Shown here: positions 20,566-30,654 of the stretch, piece after piece
How the letters are laid out: every line of letters begins with the position of its first letter
Position numbering within the stretch: position 1 is the stretch's first letter
From: Candidatus Latescibacterota bacterium
Lineage (GTDB): Bacteria > Latescibacterota > UBA2968 > GCA-2709665
DNA: 64,000 nt
Assembly (NCBI GenBank): GCA_965205485.1
Contig: OZ242180.1
Coordinates: 864,001 to 928,000 of the forward strand
Direction: 5' to 3'
Program-made: the position numbers and the translations under genes
Notes under the pieces: generated by a model
Seen by the model: the letters and a program-made list of their open reading frames with translations, nothing else
Database searches by the model: none
Told to the model about the DNA's origin: nothing

Positions 20566-21030
20566 ATGGGCATTGTAATGGGGCACCACCATGGATTTAC
20601 CGTCTCGGACCTGGATCGTTCGGTTGCGTTCTACCGGGACCTGCTCGGGATGGAACTGGTGCGGATATCCGAGCGCAGGGACCTGCCTTCGTACGATACG
20701 ATTCTGGGTTACGACCAGGTCCATCTGAATATTGCGATTCTTCGGCATCCCGTGAACGAGTTTATACTCGAACTCGTTCAATACGTTCATCCGGTGGTTG
20801 AGGCGCGGCCCCAGGAAAACAGGTACCTGGGCGCATCGCACGTGGCGTTCGAAGTGGACGACGTGGACGCGATGTACACGCAACTTATAGAGGCGGGGTT
20901 CGGGTCCATCAATCCGCCCACTGACGTGGACCGCGACGGCGTGGTGGTTGCCCGCGCGATGTATGCACTGGATCCGGACGGCATCAGCATCGAGATGTTC
21001 CAGGAGTTCGAGGACGTAATCAGGAGATGA
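20566..21030 (+). CDS. VOC/glyoxalase family protein
   Basis: HHGFTVSDLDRSVAFYRDLLG, HVAFEVDDVD, DPDGISIE. Confidence 0.9.
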   Translation: MGIVMGHHHGFTVSDLDRSVAFYRDLLGMELVRISERRDLPSYDTILGYDQVHLNIAILRHPVNEFILELVQYVHPVVEARPQENRYLGASHVAFEVDDVDAMYTQLIEAGFGSINPPTDVDRDGVVVARAMYALDPDGISIEMFQEFEDVIRR

Positions 21031-21095
21031 GCGGGAAGCGGCTTTCAGCCGCCGGCGAAAGACATAACATCAACGCCTGCTCCTATTGTGCCGTT

Positions 21096-21120
21096 GTAGG
21101 GGCAACCCTTGTGGTTGCCC
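21096..21120 (+). repeat. GTAG-family REP
   Basis: GTAGGGGCAACCCTTGTGGTTGCCC; related copy on the minus strand at 25685-25709. Confidence 0.75.
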
Positions 21121-21225
21121 ATGCCCCAGCGAGGCCCCGGGCGAGAGGTCTCGCCGTTCGCTCGCAAAATCACGGCGTTGACAGGGCCAACTGCCGTAGC
21201 CTGTCCTTATCGGTACCCGGCTTTT

Positions 21226-21249
21226 GCTGACGGCTGATGGCTGATAGCT
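21226..21249. repeat. Heptamer tandem repeat (GCTGAYRG-like)
   Basis: GCTGACG GCTGATG GCTGATA GCT; same family at 32819-32837, 32966-32996 and 36890-36920. Confidence 0.75.
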
Positions 21250-21280
21250 CGTTACCTGATTGCCGACAGCCCGGCATCTG

Positions 21281-21877
21281 CTATTTTGATATCCTGAGAA
21301 GTACCTGCGGCCCGTCGGGATTCGCCACGCGGACCGCGTGCCCGAGATTGATGTCCTGAATCCGGGCGATTTTGTGTTCGATTGTCTCGGGCTCGCGGTC
21401 GTAGAAACCCAGAATCAGCCGTCCGTCGTCTTTCACGCTATCGTAAGCGTGTGTGAGCAGATCGATCCGGTCCTGGCAGTCGAATGCGTAATTGTCCCAG
21501 ACGGCCCAGTAGATGAAGTCGTATTTGGCGGGAAGTCCGTGAGCGTCGATTTCACCCAGCCGCTCCACGGGAAGCCGGGCGAAATGGTCAGGCTGCGACG
21601 GAAAGAACCTGGCGACGTCGCGAGCCCTGCCCGCGCTGGAGTCGATGCCGAACGGCGTGAGCGCGTGATCGGACCATTCCTGGAGACACCGCAGGAGGAA
21701 GCCGTTCGCGCACCCGATATCCAGCACGGCGCCCGGCCGATGGATCTCGGACGCGATGAACGATCGCGCCCGCCTCCAGGTCTCGAAGGACGGGCCGTCG
21801 ACGCAGCTTCCGTTCAGGGCGAACCTGAGGAGGTCGGGGTCTGCGTCGAAGCTGGCGAGGTCGATCGTGTCGGTCAT
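21281..21877 (-). CDS. Class I SAM-dependent methyltransferase
   Basis: VLDIGCANGFL..GID; start at ATG 21877 (the upstream extension in the ORF track reads through a repeat). Confidence 0.8.
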   Translation of the reverse strand: MTDTIDLASFDADPDLLRFALNGSCVDGPSFETWRRARSFIASEIHRPGAVLDIGCANGFLLRCLQEWSDHALTPFGIDSSAGRARDVARFFPSQPDHFARLPVERLGEIDAHGLPAKYDFIYWAVWDNYAFDCQDRIDLLTHAYDSVKDDGRLILGFYDREPETIEHKIARIQDINLGHAVRVANPDGPQVLLRISK

Positions 21878-21895
21878 CGATAATCCTCTAAGTCT

Positions 21896-21931
21896 TGAGC
21901 CGCTCCCTGAGCCTGTCGAAGGGTCGGCGAA
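21896..21931. repeat. 36-bp REP-like repeat (TGAGCCGCTCCCTGAGCYTGTCGAAGGG...)
   Basis: Second copy at 30528-30563 with one mismatch. Confidence 0.8.
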
Positions 21932-22166
21932 ATCATATTGAACAGCCCCCGGCGGTGCATCCATAGACTGTTCAAGGGTATCGAAACGCGTGCATTTCGA
22001 CATTTCGACAAGCTCAATGCAAGCCTGCTCAATGACCATGTTTCGGAAAACTCCACGAACAGCGGCGCATCCAATAGGGATAAATCAACAGAAGAGTGAC
22101 GATGCGTTTTCGTGACAAGCTCCCAAGGGTCAAATCTGCCGGGTTTTTCGTCTCCCGTCGCGAATG

Positions 22167-22811
22167 CTACTGCGGTTCGTACGTATCGGATCCCTTTGAC
22201 GGAAGCGGAACGGCCCAGATGTTGCGGTAGGCGACGCGGTCTCCGTGGTCCTGCAGGCGCAGCGGCCCGGAGGTTCCGACCGTCATTCCGGAGGCGGATC
22301 CTGTGGGGCCTGAGATCTGCACGTTGTTCTGGATGACGATGCCGTTCTGGAGAACAGTGGCGCGGGCGTGTTCGGACACGTCGCCGGATTCGTCAAGGCG
22401 GGGCGCCCGGAAGCAGATATCGTACGTCTGCCACTCCATGGCGGGTCTGCAGGCGTTCACCAGAGGAGCGGACTCGAGGTAAAAGGCGCCGCAGTCGCCG
22501 GTGCCCGGAATGTTGACGTGGGAGGAGTCCAGGACCTGAATCTCGTAGAGGGCCTGCAAAAACACCCCGCTGTTGCCTTTGGCCTGTCCCGTGGCCTCGG
22601 GCATGTCCGGACAACGGAATTCCAGGTGAAGATAGAAATCGGACAGGGGCTCGGTGTGGATGATGTCGCCCGTCCGGGGCACGACGTGGAGGATACCGTC
22701 TTCCACGGTCCATCCGGGATCGCCGCCGTCCCGGGCGGTCCAGTTGCTGAGGTCCCTGCCGTTGAACAGAATAAAGGCATTGGAGGGCGCCGCCAGTTGC
22801 AGTGTATCCAT
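22167..22811 (-). CDS. DUF1080 (3-keto-disaccharide hydrolase-like) protein
   Basis: LFNGRDLSNW, GNSGVF, YEIQVLDS, WQTYDI, LQDHGDRVAYRNIW. Confidence 0.9.
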   Translation of the reverse strand: MDTLQLAAPSNAFILFNGRDLSNWTARDGGDPGWTVEDGILHVVPRTGDIIHTEPLSDFYLHLEFRCPDMPEATGQAKGNSGVFLQALYEIQVLDSSHVNIPGTGDCGAFYLESAPLVNACRPAMEWQTYDICFRAPRLDESGDVSEHARATVLQNGIVIQNNVQISGPTGSASGMTVGTSGPLRLQDHGDRVAYRNIWAVPLPSKGSDTYEPQ

Positions 22812-23045
22812 TGAAGAGTCCTTTCTCGTTATTTGGGTCCCGGCTGCTAAGGGCGTGGAAATCCGTATGCCGCAGCCGGTATAGAATAATGCCGCCCGAC
22901 ACGGCGCACAAGACGGATTTGCGTCGGCGGGTTTTGGGAAATCCGGTGAGGGCGTTTCCCACGCGGTCTACACACGTGTGATGTGATCGTAAGCGCCAAC
23001 AACCGTCCGGAGTCGTAAATGTCACAGAAGATGGGAGTTCGAAAT

Positions 23046-24116
23046 ATGGAACACGTCGTCATCTACAGGAAAAGGGGGCGATACGCCGGGTGGCCGGCGA
23101 ACTACGGGATCTGGTCGTGGGGAGACGAGATCGTGGTGGGCTTCACGCTTGGGTATCACAAATCGGACGGGGGATTTCACCGGCGCGACCGTGACCGGCC
23201 GTTCGAGACGATGCAGGCCCGCAGCCTCGACGGAGGCGCAACCTGGACCGTCGAACCGGTACCGATCGCCTCTCCGGAAGGCAAGGGGGTATCGGCGAAC
23301 GAGCACGTGAACCGCTCGCTGGAGATCGAGGTGGCGGCTGCGCTGCCGACCGGGCATCCCGACGGGATCGACTTCAGCCATCCGGATTTCGCGCTGATGT
23401 GCGCCCGGACGGGACTTGCGGAGGGCGCGCGGTCGTGGTTCTATACGTCTATCGACCGCTGCCGGTCATGGGACGGACCGTTCGGCCTGCCCATGTTCGG
23501 GTTGCCGGGCATCGCGGCGCGGACGGACTATCTGACAGAGGGAACGGACACCTGCACGTTATTTCTGACGTCGGCCAAATCCAACGGGCGCGAGGGTAGG
23601 GTGTTCTGCGCGCGCACGGTGGACAGCGGGAGGACCTTCCATTTTCTGTCGTGGATCGGAGAGGAGCCCGCGGGCTTCGCCATCATGCCCGCCAGCGTCC
23701 GGCTTCCCGGAGGGCGCATCCTGGCGTCCGTGCGATGCCGGGGCGGTGGCGGAAGCAGGGAGGGCAACTGGATTGACCTGTACAGTTCGGACGACAACGC
23801 GGCGAGTTGGCGCTACCTCAACCGGCCGGTCGCCGAAACCGGGACCGGGGGGAACCCGCCCGCGATGATGCTTCTGGCTGACGGGCGCCTGTGCCTGGTC
23901 TACGGGTATCGCGACGCCCCCTCGGGGCTGCGGGCGGTATTGAGCGAAGACGAGGGAGCGACGTGGTCCGACGCCATTATCCTGAGGGATGACGGCGGCG
24001 ACCACGACGTCGGCTATCCACGCGCGGTGCAGCGGCCGGACGGCAGGGTCGTTTCCGCGTATTACTACGACGACGAGCCCGACGGCGAGCGGTACATCGC
24101 CGCCACGATCTGGTAA
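23046..24116 (+). CDS. Sialidase/BNR-repeat protein
   Basis: Asp-boxes SLDGGATW, TVDSGRTF, SDDNAASW, SEDEGATW; DVGYP. Confidence 0.85.
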   Translation: MEHVVIYRKRGRYAGWPANYGIWSWGDEIVVGFTLGYHKSDGGFHRRDRDRPFETMQARSLDGGATWTVEPVPIASPEGKGVSANEHVNRSLEIEVAAALPTGHPDGIDFSHPDFALMCARTGLAEGARSWFYTSIDRCRSWDGPFGLPMFGLPGIAARTDYLTEGTDTCTLFLTSAKSNGREGRVFCARTVDSGRTFHFLSWIGEEPAGFAIMPASVRLPGGRILASVRCRGGGGSREGNWIDLYSSDDNAASWRYLNRPVAETGTGGNPPAMMLLADGRLCLVYGYRDAPSGLRAVLSEDEGATWSDAIILRDDGGDHDVGYPRAVQRPDGRVVSAYYYDDEPDGERYIAATIW

Positions 24117-24265
24117 CGGGAACCCGGAGAGAGACCGGATCCCGCGACGATCCTGGGAAGAGAATTCCGATACGCCGTGCCGGTATCGGGGCTTGACATC
24201 CCGTATGCAGACCTTATTTTGAATGGACATTTTCAGGTAACACTAACTCACACGGAGGAGAGCAA

Positions 24266-24859
24266 ATGGCGGAATTGCACAGTTCGTGGAAACGGGATTT
24301 CGACGTTTACGACCGTTTGGAGGAACTGGGGATCGATCTGGGAGCCAGGGAGGACGCGTGTCCGGCGCCTCAGGGTCGGCGGATCTGCATGGCCACGTTT
24401 ACGCCTTCGGGCCTGGTGTTTACATCGGGCACAGGCGGTGGGGTCGGCGCGGTCACCAACGACGATGCGGACGTGGAAGCCGGTTTCGAGGCCGGTAGAG
24501 AGGCGGGCATCTCCCACGTCGTGACGCTGCATTGGGCGCTGGACCCGTACGGCACGCTGAATGACGTGTGGTATTGCGTAAAATGCATCGGGATGGTGAA
24601 TTCCGCCGGTGGGGGATCCTTTTCCAAGTCACCCCAGGTCGTGGACGGGTACAGCACGGTTTTTCACGACGTGTTCGGAGGTCCGGGTTCGCGGTTCGGG
24701 GAGGACGGGATGGACGCGTCGCTGTCGGGATGGCACGCCCGGAGCGCGGTGGCGGGGTTCGACCTTCCGGGCCATTGCAAGATCGAACCGGAGATGATCG
24801 TGCAGATCGATCCGGATTTGGCGTTGCGGATTATCAGGGAACGCGGGCCGCACGTATAG
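24266..24859 (+). CDS. RidA/YjgF-like family protein (divergent)
   Basis: VKCIGMVNS..PQVVDGYS..VFG..HARSAV..LP..IE; RBS GGAGGAG. Confidence 0.7.
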   Translation: MAELHSSWKRDFDVYDRLEELGIDLGAREDACPAPQGRRICMATFTPSGLVFTSGTGGGVGAVTNDDADVEAGFEAGREAGISHVVTLHWALDPYGTLNDVWYCVKCIGMVNSAGGGSFSKSPQVVDGYSTVFHDVFGGPGSRFGEDGMDASLSGWHARSAVAGFDLPGHCKIEPEMIVQIDPDLALRIIRERGPHV

Positions 24860-24883
24860 GTGCGGAGAAGAAAAGCAAAAGAG

Positions 24884-24914
24884 AAACGGGGGCGAGATTG
24901 AGCGTCCCCGTTTT
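24884..24914. terminator. Putative bidirectional terminator
   Basis: AAACGGGGGCG...CGTCCCCGTTTT hairpin between convergent genes. Confidence 0.6.
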
Positions 24915-24970
24915 CATTTGATCAGATAATGAGATAGACCGTCGGCGCAAGATGGCAGAAAGACAATCAT

Positions 24971-25007
24971 CTCACACGAAGACACAAAGGCACAAAGAAC
25001 ACAAAGA
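24971..25007. repeat. CACAAAG-type 9-mer tandem repeat
   Basis: CTCACACGAAGACACAAAGGCACAAAG; reverse copy at 32865-32891; related inverted pair at 42437-42593. Confidence 0.7.
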
Positions 25008-25088
25008 TAAAGCCGGAATCAGCGACAGGGCAGGCGCTCGCGAAAACCAAGAGGCTACCGCCCGTCGGCCTCGGCCCTCCGCTCCATT

Positions 25089-25311
25089 TCACGACGATAT
25101 GACCTTCAGCTTTTCCGCGATCCAGAATTTGATGATCGACTGCCGGGTTACGCCCAGACGACTGGCTTCCCTGCGATTGAACCATCCAGATCGGGAAATC
25201 GACGTTTACCCGCTTTGGTTCCTGGGCAGGCCTTCGTGCCCGATCGAGGTCCAGGTACCCGGTTATATCTTCTCCGCTGTCGAATTTTTCGTCAAGTTCC
25301 TTCGCTTTCAT
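25089..25311 (-). pseudogene. brnA: BrnA-type antitoxin, frameshifted before the C-terminal RHH helices
   Basis: MKAKELDEKFDSGEDIT..KRVNVDFPIWMVQS, then the expected REASRLGVTRQSIIKFWIAEKLK continues in another frame at about 25172. Confidence 0.8.
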
Positions 25312-25561
25312 AGATTTCGATCTCCTCCTTCCTGGACCGGCGGACGGAAATGATCCGGATCTTTTCAGCCCGATACGTGATGATGCCCGACCAGTGCGTC
25401 CCCCTGCACCTGCCGATTACCAGAAACCTGGGTTCATCTACTGCCCGAGCCGGAATCTCAATCAGCCCGGAATCCTCCCAGATCTGTTGGGCTTCAATGA
25501 AATCGATGCCGTGTTTTACCTTATTTTTCACGCTTTTCCGGTCGTCGAATTCGAACTCCAT
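25292..25561 (-). CDS. brnT: BrnT family ribonuclease toxin
   Basis: MEFEFDDRKS..NKVKHGIDF..RFLVIG..IRIISVRRSR. Confidence 0.9.
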   Translation of the reverse strand: MEFEFDDRKSVKNKVKHGIDFIEAQQIWEDSGLIEIPARAVDEPRFLVIGRCRGTHWSGIITYRAEKIRIISVRRSRKEEIEIYESEGT

Positions 25562-25684
25562 TGACAGGGTCCCGTCTGTTGGCTTTTATCAAGTGTTCGA
25601 TTCTGCGGAATTTGATAGAATATATACAATAATAATATATTTTCAATATAATAATTATACTATTTTCGGAATATTTCACAAGGC

Positions 25685-25709
25685 GGGCGCCCACAAGGGA
25701 CGCCCCTAC
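25685..25709 (-). repeat. GTAG-family REP
   Basis: Reverse complement reads GTAGGGGCGTCCCTTGTGGGCGCCC. Confidence 0.7.
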
Positions 25710-25797
25710 AACTGCAACATCGGTGCGCACGGGATCTCTCTCCTAAAGGAAAGAGGGAGGAAAAGCGGGTTTCGCTCTATCAATGCATTTCACAACC

Positions 25798-25990
25798 GGC
25801 GACAGGGGGTACGGGGGGTTTTTCCGTGCTGATCCGTCAAGCGCATTTGCACTGGCACTGCTGAAGGGTTGGTAGGCCACATAAATCCCGTTTATGCCTC
25901 AGGAGTGATTCACGGAAAAACCGGCCCCCTGCCGAAGGGCGCGCTTCTTTTTGGTCCTTTTTCTACACGCGCATAAGAAAAAGGACGTAA
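25798..25990. mobile_element. Possible MITE-like/structured non-coding element
   Basis: Long interrupted IR CAGGGGG..GTTTTTCCGTG / CACGGAAAAAC..CCCCCTG, then hairpin GTCCTTTTTCT / AGAAAAAGGAC. Confidence 0.4.
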
Positions 25991-26092
25991 ATAATTGAAA
26001 ACAAATTATATATGAGAAAAATTCTGCTTGCAAATGACAAATACGTTTTTTTCCTTCCATTCAAAATCATCCCTACGGCGTGTTCCTTAAAA

Positions 26093-26216
26093 GCGGGGAA
26101 GACGGGAGAGGGTGGAGATTACCTGCCTTGTGAGGTTTCTTCTCGTGCCGAAGGCAATAAGGAATGAAGTATCGGGCAAGGATTTCTTCTAACGTCTCCC
26201 CTCTCCCATCTCACCG
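26093..26216 (-). repeat. ~130-bp dispersed structured repeat, copy C (reverse orientation)
   Basis: Reverse complement contains TAGAAGAAATCCTTGCCCG...TGCCTTCGGCACGAGAAGAAACCTCACAAGGCAGGTAATCTCC. Confidence 0.8.
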
Positions 26217-27280
26217 CCTTATATACCTTTCCTCATCTCCAGGTTCAACCGTGTCTTCCGACATGGACACGTTCAGCCGGTCCGCGCAGTCCGACAACGC
26301 ATCCATAATAGGGCCCGGTACGTCGAATCCGTCACGAAGGCGTTGTGCGCGTGTGCGGTGTTCGAAGTCCCCAGGCACGAGGACCTCGTCGAAGCCTGGC
26401 GCCGGGGGGATGGCCTTGATCATGTCCAGGAAGGCCCGAATCCCGCGCTGGTAGGGCACCAGCGGCGTGAAGGAACTGACGCGTATCACCTGCATGAACG
26501 CGCCTGAAAGCGTCCCCTGCTCCACTTCCGGAACGCCTGACAGGCCGCTCAGCAGGCAGGTCAGCAACAGGAGACCGGAGCCCTTGTGCGCCCCGAAAGG
26601 CAGCAGATATCCGCCGTCGTAGAAGTCCAGCGGGTTTGTGCTGGGCTTGCCATGTTTGTCCAGGATATAGCCTTCCGGAATCGACGACTTCTCGGCGCGG
26701 GCGACCTGTAGTTTGCCTTCGGCAACGACGCTCGTGGCGATGTCCAGGATGAACGGGGCGGCGTCGCCCGTCGGTACGCCCACTGCGATCGGATTGGTCC
26801 CGAGAGGGCCTCGGGTTGCGCCGTACGGCGCGACGGCGTCCACCGTCCCCACGCCGATGGTGATGATGGCGATGCATCCGGCGCGAGCGGCGACCTCCGC
26901 GTATTCGCCGAGCCGGCCGAAGTGGCCGATGCGTCTGAAACTGATGCAGCAAACGCCCGATCCCGCGGCTTTGTCGATGGCCAGGTCGATGGCCTTTCGC
27001 GCGGTGTAGATGCCCATCCCGTTATGGCCGTCCACAATCATCGTGTTCCCGCCCCGTTGGACAATCTCGGGTTCCGCCGCCGGCACGATGGAGCCCCCTC
27101 GATACCGTTGAGATACGTCGGTATACGCAGCACGCCGTGGGAATCGTGGCCACAAAGGTTGGCACCGACCAGGATTTCGGAAACGACGTCCGCAACGTGG
27201 CGGGGCGCGCCTGAAGCCATCAGCAGATTGCGGGAGACGGCGTGCATGTGCGCGGGGCGGAAGCGTTGTGCGGTGGACAT
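26211..27280 (-). pseudogene. Ldh_2 family (malate/L-lactate dehydrogenase-like) oxidoreductase with a 1-nt frameshift (real or assembly error)
   Basis: N-terminal GHDSHGVLRIPTY in one frame; DGHNGMG..GHFGRLG..GTNPIA..DIATS..GAHKG in another; junction in a G5 run at 27094-27098. Confidence 0.8.
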
Positions 27281-27440
27281 GGTCTGCGCTCCGGGAAGGG
27301 CGTGGGGCTGCCAGGACGAACGGCAGGGGCATATTGGATTCGCGTTGCGGTTTCGAATTCGCGAAGATCCGCACGTTACGTCCAGCCAATTTAGCAAATC
27401 GGATAGACACTTTCCATTAGAACGAACGGGGCGCGACGGG

Positions 27441-27480
27441 ACCTCTCCCCCCGGCCCCCTCTCCCATCGGGAGAGGGGGA
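27441..27480. repeat. CCTCTCCCC..CCCCCTCTCCC/GGGAGAGGGGG hairpin repeat
   Basis: Perfect stem; related arms at 36666-36700 and 36803-36840. Confidence 0.65.
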
Positions 27481-27646
27481 GGAGAATAAGGAATTCCGGT
27501 GCGTTGGTGCCGTGGTTGCAACGGCGCGCATCAGGCGCTATATTGGCATCGCTCAGACGATCTGAACAGCGGGAGAACATGTGACCGGGTTCCGGCGACG
27601 GTAGAGCGGTTTTCTGCCTTCCCACAAATCGATCAGGAGGTCTGCC

Positions 27647-28651
27647 ATGAAAGTACTGGTTACCGGCGCGGCGGGTCAGGTGGGCTGCCGGCTGGTACGG
27701 CAGCTTCTGGACCTGAACCTGGAGGTCCGGGGCTCCGTATTGCCGGGCGATCCCTGTCTGAGCCGGCTGGACGGCCTGGACGTGGAACTCGTGGAAGGGG
27801 ACCTGACGGACGGAGAGTTCACCAGGGGGGTGGTTTCGGGGACGGACGCCGTGGTCCACACGGCCAACCTGGTGGGACCCCATTTCGAACTCAACACGCA
27901 GATCAACCTGGAGGTATCGCGGGCGTGCGGGCAGTTCGCGGACAGCCTGGAGCGCTACGTGTACGTGAGCTCGTCCGGCGTGTTTCCGAATAACGGCGAG
28001 AACATCGCCTGCGCCTACCATCCCGTGGATGAACTGCATCCCAAGCGGCCGGATAACGAGTATTCCCTCTCCAAACATATCGGGGAACTGATGGCCGAAC
28101 GAACGTCCCGGGAGACCGGGCTGCGGATTTCCATCGTACGGCCCAGCCACGTGTTGTCCGGCAGCGCGATTTTCGATCAGTTCACGGCCGGACGGGTCTG
28201 CTCGATCCTGAAAGCGGGACAGGTGGGGCCGCGTACGGAGATGTATATGGCCGACGGAACCGAATTGTGGCACGAAGTCGAGGCGCGGGCCGAAGATCCC
28301 GATCAACCGTGCGCCGCTCGTGACGAGGCGGGGCGGCCCTGGTACTACCAGCCGAACGACGCGCGGGATATCGCGCATTGCATCGTGTGCGCGCTGCGGT
28401 CTCCGGATGCGGTTGGCGAGTCGTTCAACGGCGGCGCCCCGGCCCCGTTCACGTATCCCGAGGGCGCCCGGCTGCTCGGGGAAATCAGGGAACGGGAACC
28501 CCTGGAGGTGACGTTACCGGTGCGCTGGATGTACGATCACGACATCACGAAAGCGAAATCGCTGATCGGCTACCGTCCCAGGGGAGACCTGGAGACGATG
28601 GTGGCGTCGGCGGCTGCCTTCGAGGCGGGCGAGCCCGACTACCGGTGGTGA
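27647..28651 (+). CDS. NAD-dependent epimerase/dehydratase
   Basis: VTGAAGQVG, YVSS, YSLSK. Confidence 0.9.
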   Translation: MKVLVTGAAGQVGCRLVRQLLDLNLEVRGSVLPGDPCLSRLDGLDVELVEGDLTDGEFTRGVVSGTDAVVHTANLVGPHFELNTQINLEVSRACGQFADSLERYVYVSSSGVFPNNGENIACAYHPVDELHPKRPDNEYSLSKHIGELMAERTSRETGLRISIVRPSHVLSGSAIFDQFTAGRVCSILKAGQVGPRTEMYMADGTELWHEVEARAEDPDQPCAARDEAGRPWYYQPNDARDIAHCIVCALRSPDAVGESFNGGAPAPFTYPEGARLLGEIREREPLEVTLPVRWMYDHDITKAKSLIGYRPRGDLETMVASAAAFEAGEPDYRW

Positions 28652-28730
28652 GAGCAGGCGTTGGAATGAAATCGGCGTGACGAAGAGAGTGACGGTCTCG
28701 AAAGGCCGGGTCGGTTTTACGTTTCGTGGA

Positions 28731-29489
28731 TCAGGATGCCGGCGCGGGCGCGCCGAGGATGATGAGATTGCGGTTGGTGATGCGCTGATCGATGGCCGTG
28801 ATCTTGTAGGCCCTGTACCGGCCTGCAATCACGCCAACGGCCGCCGTGTATCGTGCGTCGTCGTCCAGGTGGTTGATGCGGCGCAGGTAGAGCCGGTCCC
28901 GGATGCAGCAGGGCATTGCCGCGAAACACGCGTTCGCCGCGCCGGCCATATCCAGGGCATCCCGGGTGCCTTCGTTGCATGCGTGGATGCAGATGACGTA
29001 GGACCTTGGGTCCAGTTCCACGTCATTGAAGTCGGATTCGATGTACTCGACGTTCTCCATCGGCACTGCCTGTTCGCGCACGATCTCCAGGTAGTGGTCG
29101 AAGGCCGGCCGGCGTTCCCGGTCCACGCAGACAACGCGAAGCGCAGGGAACCGCCAGGCAAGCAGAATGCCCAGCAGACCGTGGCCGCAGGCCAGGTCGT
29201 AAATCGTCTCCACGTTTCCCTCGCGCCACTGTTCGTAGATGGCCTGGCCGATGCGCCTGTATGCCTCGAAGGTTTCGAAGAGTTCTTTCACACGCAGATA
29301 CTTCGGGTGACGATCCACAATTCCCGATATGAATGTGGATAGGGATTCGCTGCGGCCCGTTTCCGCCACGTAAGTCAGGAGAAGGTCCAGCCGTTCCTCG
29401 TCCAGGTCCCGTACCATGACGTTCGGATTCATTGGATACCGGTCCAGCAAATCGGGATGCCAGACACCGTCCATTAATTTTTCGGCCAT
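28731..29489 (-). CDS. SAM-dependent methyltransferase (Methyltransf_32-like)
   Basis: DLACGHGLLG, IHACN, MPCC, ITNRN. Confidence 0.8.
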   Translation of the reverse strand: MAEKLMDGVWHPDLLDRYPMNPNVMVRDLDEERLDLLLTYVAETGRSESLSTFISGIVDRHPKYLRVKELFETFEAYRRIGQAIYEQWREGNVETIYDLACGHGLLGILLAWRFPALRVVCVDRERRPAFDHYLEIVREQAVPMENVEYIESDFNDVELDPRSYVICIHACNEGTRDALDMAGAANACFAAMPCCIRDRLYLRRINHLDDDARYTAAVGVIAGRYRAYKITAIDQRITNRNLIILGAPAPAS

Positions 29490-29636
29490 ATCGGGTTCCG
29501 GTCGAGAGGATCGGGCATTTGCAGGATCGGACTAATATAGACAATCCGAACTCAAGACGCAAAAAGGGCGGAGAAGAGTGACAGGGACCGCGGATTTTTC
29601 GAGGCCCGCGCAGAATTAAAAAAAGGGAGCGTATCT

Positions 29637-30494
29637 ATGGCGGAACAGTCATCCTCCCATCGGATTGTCGACGCGCATATCCACGTCTGGACCGATGACT
29701 TTGCGCGTTACCCGCTGTCCCCCAGGGTCAAAGCAGAAGACCTCTGGCATCCCACCTTCACGCCGGACGAGTACTTCAGCTACAGCCGGTCGGTGGGCAA
29801 CGTGCGCATCAACCTCGTCCAGATGATCTGGTACGACTACGACCACAGCTACATCCTCGACCTCATCTCGGACGATCCGGAAACGTACGCGGGCACGGGC
29901 ATGATCAGCCTGGAGGATCCCGAGCCGGACAGGACCATGCTTGAACTTTCGCAACAGGGATGTTTCGCCTTTCGCGAGCCGCCCTCCGCGCTGGATCATC
30001 CGGCATTCGAGAAAATGTTCGCAGCCGGAGCGGAACACGAACTCGCCCTCAGCTTCAACATGCAGGTCGATCTGCTGCCCGATCTGGACCGGCTATGCAC
30101 CCGCTTTCCGGAAACACCGGTCATTCTCGACCACGTTTGCCACGTGGGCATCCGGGAGGCGGACTACAGCGAACAAGACCTGGAAGCGCTGCTCCGTTTT
30201 GCCAGGCACCGCAATGTGATGGTCAAGATCGGTCCGCTTCAGGCGTTGTGCTCGCGCCGGGCGCCCTACCTGGACGTGCTGCCGCTGATCCGGCGGGTGG
30301 TGGAAGCGTACGGCGCCCATCGCTGCATGTGGGAGTCCGACAGCGGCGGACCCATTGAGATGGAGGACCCGATGACCGATTTTCCTGCTTCCGTCGCCCT
30401 GATCCGGGACCGCGCGAGCTTCCTCAGCCCCGCCGAGAAAGACGCCATTCTATGGGGCACCGCGCAGCGTTTCTTCTTCCGCAATCTGGCGTGA
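29637..30494 (+). CDS. Amidohydrolase_2 family (lactonase-like)
   Basis: VDAHIHVW, VILDH, RCMWESD, ILWGTA. Confidence 0.85.
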   Translation: MAEQSSSHRIVDAHIHVWTDDFARYPLSPRVKAEDLWHPTFTPDEYFSYSRSVGNVRINLVQMIWYDYDHSYILDLISDDPETYAGTGMISLEDPEPDRTMLELSQQGCFAFREPPSALDHPAFEKMFAAGAEHELALSFNMQVDLLPDLDRLCTRFPETPVILDHVCHVGIREADYSEQDLEALLRFARHRNVMVKIGPLQALCSRRAPYLDVLPLIRRVVEAYGAHRCMWESDSGGPIEMEDPMTDFPASVALIRDRASFLSPAEKDAILWGTAQRFFFRNLA

Positions 30495-30654
30495 TCGCAC
30501 ACGACGCAAATTATCGAACCTGAACCCTGAGCCGCTCCCTGAGCTTGTCGAAGGGTCGGCGAAGGACATCCGCACCGAAACGCAATTCGCCAGGCTCGGC
30601 ACAAGCAGTGCAGGAAACACAGCGAGACGTTTCAAACGCACCTGACAGAGAGGA

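Noticed and set aside
27281..28378. Upstream part of the 446-aa minus-strand ORF
   Set aside because: Antisense to the epimerase gene and reads through a repeat; only the last ~80 codons belong to the Ldh_2 gene
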